Shown here: positions 59,597 to 64,000 of the stretch, one piece after another
Layout: each line of letters opens with the position of its first letter
Numbering within the stretch: the stretch's first letter is position 1
Notes under the pieces: generated by a model
Database searches by the model: none
The model's input: the letters and a program-made list of their open reading frames with translations, nothing else
What the model was told of the DNA's origin: nothing
Made by a program: the position numbers and the translations under genes
From: an uncultured Sphaerobacteraceae bacterium
GTDB taxonomy: Bacteria > Chloroflexota > Chloroflexia > Thermomicrobiales > UBA6265
Direction of reading: 5' to 3'
Assembly: GCA_964371945.1 (NCBI GenBank)
Contig: CAYJPA010000014.1
Span: 6,492 to 70,491 of the forward strand
DNA length: 64,000 nt

Positions 59597-59632
59597 TTAA
59601 CACTTCGTTACAGATCGAAGCCGCCCTATGAT
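59597..59632 (+). promoter_or_regulatory. PhoP-box-like repeat and -10 element upstream of ppx-CHAD
   Basis: TTAACA-CTTC-GTTACA followed by TATGAT at 59627. Confidence 0.4.
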
Positions 59633-59711
59633 ACATTAGGCAGGACGCGCCAATCGAGTATGGCACATACATTCGAACCGCTGTCTTGTCGCTCGAAAGC
59701 GAACCTTCGGA

Positions 59712-60650
59712 GTGAAACTCGTGTCAATTGTTAAGAACGACGGCGATCCTGGCGATGAGATCATCGCGGCGTTCGATCTCGGCTCCAATTCGATTAAGAT
59801 GACCGTCGCTTCACGTCGCCCCGGGGATGATGACAATATCGATGAATTCCTCTGGCGCTCGGAGACCGTCCGTCTCGGACAAGGCATCGACAAAACAGGC
59901 GAGCTGGCGCACGATCGCGTCGACGCGGCGATGGATGCGCTGACTCGGTTCTCGGCGGATGCTCGCGACGCCGGCGCAACGAGATTGATCGGAGTCGCGA
60001 CGGAGGCGACCCGAATTGCTCGCAACGGCGAAGCGTTTCTCGGCCGTGTCGCGAACGAAACCGGGATCGAGATTCAATCAATTAGCGGCGATCGCGAAGC
60101 AACGCTTACGTTTCTTGGGTTGAAGGGCGAAGTGGATCTTTCAGGTGATGTAGTCGTCGCGGACATCGGCGGGGGCAGCACCGAAATCATTATCGCCAAG
60201 TCAGAGCACGTGCGGTGGTCCCAATCATTCGCGTTAGGCTCCGGGCGGTTAGGCGAGCGCCACCTGCATCACGATCCTCCAACCATGGACGAAATCGCCG
60301 AGGCGGGAGCGGAGGCAAAAGCGGTCATTGCCGCCGCGCCGATCGCCCAGGCCGCGGGAGGTCGATTGATCGTCGTCGGTGGCACAGGCGAGTACCTCGA
60401 TCGACTCATTCCAGCGGGCAAGCCACGTGAAACGGGGACCTTGGACGTCATCCTGAAGCAATTGACGGAGATCTCATCGTCTGACCTCGCTGCGCACCTT
60501 ATGATCCCAATTGCCCGGGCGCGGGTTCTTCCCGCGGGGATCGCGATCGCGCGTGCTGTCGCAGAGACCATGGGACCTGAAACCTTCGAGGCCGCGAAGA
60601 GCGGGATTCGCCGCGGTCTCTTGCTGGCCGCATTTGCGGGAGAGATTTAG
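59712..60650 (+). CDS. ppx: Ppx/GppA family exopolyphosphatase (short form)
   Basis: DLGSNS, VRLGQG, VATEATR..N, SGDREA, DIGGGSTE and SGIRRG. Confidence 0.9.
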   Translation: MKLVSIVKNDGDPGDEIIAAFDLGSNSIKMTVASRRPGDDDNIDEFLWRSETVRLGQGIDKTGELAHDRVDAAMDALTRFSADARDAGATRLIGVATEATRIARNGEAFLGRVANETGIEIQSISGDREATLTFLGLKGEVDLSGDVVVADIGGGSTEIIIAKSEHVRWSQSFALGSGRLGERHLHHDPPTMDEIAEAGAEAKAVIAAAPIAQAAGGRLIVVGGTGEYLDRLIPAGKPRETGTLDVILKQLTEISSSDLAAHLMIPIARARVLPAGIAIARAVAETMGPETFEAAKSGIRRGLLLAAFAGEI

Positions 60651-60651
60651 C

Positions 60652-61158
60652 GTGGCGAAGACAAACGAATCGGGTCTCGATCCCGAGGCATCTTTTCGTG
60701 ACGGCATGCGAGCATTGATCGGAACTCGGTTCGGTGCCGTCTGGCAGGCAGTGCCGGTTGCGATCGAAGGTGTCGATCCCGAGGGTGTGCACGATGTCCG
60801 GGTGGCGTCGCGGCGATTGCGCGCGGCGATGGATGTCGCGGCCGGATGCTTTCCCAATTCCTGGTACAAACCGCTCCATGCCGTCGCCAAAGAGATCACG
60901 ACGGAGCTCGGCGAGGTTCGCGATCGTGACGTTCTGATCGAGTATCTGACCGCCGAGAAAGAGGCCGTTTCGCCGAACGAACGAGCGGGACTCGATCGCC
61001 TGCTCGTGCGGATCGAACGCGAGCGCGATGTTGCCCGGGTTCACATGCTCGATTTCCTTTCGAAGCTCGAAGCGAACGATGTTGCCGGTGAATCCGAGCG
61101 GCGGTTTGGTTCATCCGCGTCCGCGCCCTGGTCGCAACCAGAGAAGGGCACATCGTGA
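60652..61158 (+). CDS. CHAD domain protein (N-terminal half-domain)
   Basis: DPEGVHDVRVASRRLRAA and LGEVRDRDV. Confidence 0.85.
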   Translation: MAKTNESGLDPEASFRDGMRALIGTRFGAVWQAVPVAIEGVDPEGVHDVRVASRRLRAAMDVAAGCFPNSWYKPLHAVAKEITTELGEVRDRDVLIEYLTAEKEAVSPNERAGLDRLLVRIERERDVARVHMLDFLSKLEANDVAGESERRFGSSASAPWSQPEKGTS

Positions 61159-61751
61159 CCAGGGCATGGCCGGTTCCAGGCATCGATCCAGGCGATTCGC
61201 TCGCCGCCAATGCGCGCAGAATTTTGGCGGTGCGGGTTGCCGAGTTTTACTCGTATCAAACGGTGATTTCCGATGAGCAAGCGGTCGAAGAGCTGCACGG
61301 CCTACGTATCTCGGCCAAACGGCTGCGGTACACGCTAGAGCTCTTCCGAGTCGTCTTCGGCGATCTGGGCGAACAGCAGATCGAACGAGTCAAGCAGATC
61401 CAGGAGCTTTTGGGGCAGGTGCACGATCACGACGTTCGCATTGCCATTATCGAAGACGAATTGAATGTACTCGCCGCGGAACAAACGGCAACACTGGGCC
61501 GGACGCTTGCAACCTCGCCCACCTCCGCGCACGATGCCATCACGACCGCTGCCCTTCGTCCACCGCCCGACGATCCACGTCGTGGGCTGCTCGCCCTCCT
61601 CGGCCGGCAGTACACATCGCGGCACAATGTCTATGTATCGTTTCTTGAGCACTGGATTAGCTACCAGGCGGAAGGAATGAGATCTGACCTGGTTCGGCTC
61701 TCGTCACGGCCAGTTGCGAGTTCGAACAACGTCGACGCTGACGGCGGATAG
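61155..61751 (+). CDS. CHAD domain protein (C-terminal half-domain)
   Basis: LHGLRISAKRLRYTLE and QELLGQVHDHDV; GTGA overlap with the upstream gene. Confidence 0.85.
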   Translation: MTRAWPVPGIDPGDSLAANARRILAVRVAEFYSYQTVISDEQAVEELHGLRISAKRLRYTLELFRVVFGDLGEQQIERVKQIQELLGQVHDHDVRIAIIEDELNVLAAEQTATLGRTLATSPTSAHDAITTAALRPPPDDPRRGLLALLGRQYTSRHNVYVSFLEHWISYQAEGMRSDLVRLSSRPVASSNNVDADGG

Positions 61752-61839
61752 CTTTTACCGTGCCGGCATTGACGGTGCTGTTGTGTCGGTTTTGATGGCG
61801 CCTGGTACTGACATTCAGCAAGACATTTGAGGACGACGA

Positions 61840-63102
61840 ATGGACCTGAATACGGTTTCTCGAATCACCGCATCCGTTGACGCACGGCGAGATGAACTGA
61901 TCGCGTTCGCGCGGCGGCTGGTCCAAACACGGAGCGTCACCGGCTCGGAAGGCGCCGTCCAACAAGTCGTCGCCGGGCAAATGAGCCTTTTCGATCTTGA
62001 AGTCGATATGTGGGAGCCCGATCCCGACGAGATGGCGCCGTACGCGCTGCACATCGGTGAAATCGATAGTTTCGAAGGCCGCCCGAACGTCGTCGGCGTC
62101 CAAAGAGGATCCGGTGGCGGGCGTTCCGTGATCTTGAACGCGCATATCGATGTCGTTGACGCGGGAGAAGAAGCCCGCTGGTTCTATCCTCCGTTTGTCG
62201 GGGAGATCGCGGACGGCAGACTTTACGGTCGCGGATCGTGCGATATGAAGAGCGGCTTCGTTGCCAATCTTTTCGCCCTGCGGGCCGTTCGCGATGCCGG
62301 TGTTTCACTTTCTGGCAACGTAATCGTGGAGAGCGTCATTTCTGAAGAGGATGGAGGTGCCGGCACGCTGGCAGCCATCCTTCGCGGCTATCGCGCCGAT
62401 GCGGCGATCATCACGGAGCCGACCAAACTGGCGCTTGTTCCGGCTCATTGCGGGTCGCTCGTCTTCCGCCTGCATGTGGAAGGGAAATCCGCTCACGGCG
62501 CGGTCAGGAATGAGGGCGTCAGCGCAATAGAGAAATTCTCATATCTGCACAAGGCATTGCTTGATCTCGAAGCGAGTCGGAACGCTTCGATCACACACCC
62601 GCTTTTTGCAGAAATCGAGAACAAGATCCCGATCAGCGTCGGCGTGGTTCATGCCGGAACCTGGGCATCGTCCGTCGCCGAATCGTTGATCGCGGAGGGA
62701 CGCGCCGGGCTCGTTCCAGGTGAAACCATTGAAGGTTTCTGTGCCGAGCTCATCGCCGCGGTCGACTCGGCTGCCGGCGCCGATCCATGGCTGAATGAAC
62801 ACCGTCCGGTGGTGGAGTGGTTTGGCGGGCAATTCGAGCCGTCCGAGGTGTCGATCGACTCCCCGGTCGCGCAACTGGTCATCGACTCTCACCTCGCTGT
62901 TCACGGAACAGCGCCGGCCATTGAAGCTGCGACATACGGCGCCGACATGCGCCATTTCGTCAACTTCGCGGGAATTCCCTGCGTGATGTACGGCGCCGGC
63001 GATGTGCGGGTCGCGCATCACACTGATGAATTCGTGCCGCTGGACGAAGTCGTCGCGCTGACAAAAACGGTCGCCGTCGCGATTGCCCGCTGGTGCGGTT
63101 GA
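61840..63102 (+). CDS. ArgE/DapE family deacylase (M20)
   Basis: GRPNVVG, LNAHIDVV, YGRGSCDMKSG, EEDGGAG, TEPT and AHHTDE. Confidence 0.9.
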   Translation: MDLNTVSRITASVDARRDELIAFARRLVQTRSVTGSEGAVQQVVAGQMSLFDLEVDMWEPDPDEMAPYALHIGEIDSFEGRPNVVGVQRGSGGGRSVILNAHIDVVDAGEEARWFYPPFVGEIADGRLYGRGSCDMKSGFVANLFALRAVRDAGVSLSGNVIVESVISEEDGGAGTLAAILRGYRADAAIITEPTKLALVPAHCGSLVFRLHVEGKSAHGAVRNEGVSAIEKFSYLHKALLDLEASRNASITHPLFAEIENKIPISVGVVHAGTWASSVAESLIAEGRAGLVPGETIEGFCAELIAAVDSAAGADPWLNEHRPVVEWFGGQFEPSEVSIDSPVAQLVIDSHLAVHGTAPAIEAATYGADMRHFVNFAGIPCVMYGAGDVRVAHHTDEFVPLDEVVALTKTVAVAIARWCG

Positions 63103-63223
63103 CAAGCTCCTGTCTACATGAGTTGACCATGAGTAAACTTTGGCTAAAGCCCTCCTCGAAATAGGGATAACAGTCCAAGTCCGCGACCGGTCAACTCGTA
63201 CTCAATTCGATAGGAGCCTCAGG

Positions 63224-64000
63224 ATGACCTCGAAGACTATTGCTTCACCTCCGATTGCCTCATCTGTCACCGGCCGAGTTTTCATCACCGGTGGCATTGG
63301 TTTTGTTGGCCGGAACATCCGCGAAGCGCTGGGTGACCGTCCGATCCGATTGCTCGTTCGCAATAAAGCCGAGGCACAGGGACTTGAATCGTCCCAGGTC
63401 GAGATCGTTGAGGGAGATGTCACCAAACCTGAAACAATTCGAGGCACGATGACTGGATGCCAGGCGGTCATTCACCTGATCGCGATTATCGAGGAGACCA
63501 AGGGTTCCACGTTCGAAGGCGTCATCCACGGCGGGACGGTCAATGTGGTCGACGAGGCGAAGCGAGCCGGCATCAGGCGCTTGATCCACATGAGTGCGAT
63601 GGGCGCTCTGAACAATCCCCAATACCCCTATTTGAAGGCCAAGTGGGACTCGGAACAGGCAGTCAAGACCTCGGGACTCCCGTGGACCATCTTCCGCCCT
63701 TCGGTCATCTTTGGGCCCGGCGACGGCTTCATCAATGTGCTTGCTGATCTGGTGCGAAAAGCTCCGGTTATTCCGGTTGTGGGCAGCGGCAGAAGCAAGT
63801 TTCAGCCGGTGTCGATCATAGAGGTCGCGCTTGCATTTGCGCGTGCTCTCGATGAGCCGACAACCGCGGGGCATGTGTTCGATCTCGGCGGACCGGAGAT
63901 CCTTACCTACGAGGAGATGCTGGATACGATTTCCGCGAAACTGGGCAAGAAAAAGCTGAAGGTTCACGTTCCAGTGCGGCTCATGAAAGCGGTCGTCAAA
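63224..64000 (+). CDS. NDUFA9-like NAD(P)-dependent SDR, runs off the window end
   Basis: Read directly (absent from the ORF track): VFITGGIGFVG, AVIHL, HMSAMGA, YLKAK, RPSVIFGPGD and FQPV; AGGAG SD. Confidence 0.88.
   Translation, partial: MTSKTIASPPIASSVTGRVFITGGIGFVGRNIREALGDRPIRLLVRNKAEAQGLESSQVEIVEGDVTKPETIRGTMTGCQAVIHLIAIIEETKGSTFEGVIHGGTVNVVDEAKRAGIRRLIHMSAMGALNNPQYPYLKAKWDSEQAVKTSGLPWTIFRPSVIFGPGDGFINVLADLVRKAPVIPVVGSGRSKFQPVSIIEVALAFARALDEPTTAGHVFDLGGPEILTYEEMLDTISAKLGKKKLKVHVPVRLMKAVVK

Noticed and set aside
63162-63173. TAGGGATAACAG matches the start of the I-SceI site and a conserved LSU rRNA segment
   Set aside because: Only 12 nt, diverges immediately, and there is no rRNA or intron context; likely chance.
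63260-63967. 235-aa minus-strand ORF in the track
   Set aside because: Antisense to the real plus-strand SDR gene, which the track missed because it has no stop in the window.

Overview
GC-rich bacterial chromosomal segment. Gene content (TIGR03663-like GT-C/NHL genes, Thr/Ser-Pro-tagged exported proteins) suggests Chloroflexota, probably Thermomicrobiales; this is an inference. About 60 CDSs were found, and no rRNA, tRNA, CRISPR array or transposase was recognised. Family assignments come from motif recognition, not database searches. Main blocks: (i) BKACE-MlrC-DUF1089; (ii) a 12-kb minus-strand operon livKGFHM, class III aminotransferase, M20 peptidase, gamma-glutamyl ligase, amidohydrolase, folBEPK; (iii) an orphan AceE-like TPP enzyme, then a frameshifted DUF6338-like gene with an overlapping Pro-rich peptide, then amtB with an unannotated 43-aa membrane peptide; (iv) ECF sigma/anti-sigma and two GT-C paralogues, one intact and one degenerate with an NHL propeller; (v) amine oxidase, PotD-like binding protein, a second MlrC, and an ABC-F with an SD-sequestering leader; (vi) a Dpp transporter facing catabolic genes; (vii) ppk1 and, 13 kb away, ppx with a split CHAD pair, each preceded by a PhoP-box-like repeat; (viii) an AT-richer islet with a DUF6941-like gene divergent from a frameshifted BrnT-like toxin and an RHH-like antitoxin with a C-terminal tail; (ix) ftsH, fdhD-like, rsgA, MauE-3xTrx, ArgE-like and a partial NDUFA9-like gene. 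Best candidates for undescribed systems: the tripartite TA/DUF6941 module, the liv-glutamylation-folate operon, the GT-C pair with candidate TP/SP substrates, the ABC-F attenuator, and the small peptides beside amtB and DUF6338. Three single-base lesions may be assembly errors.
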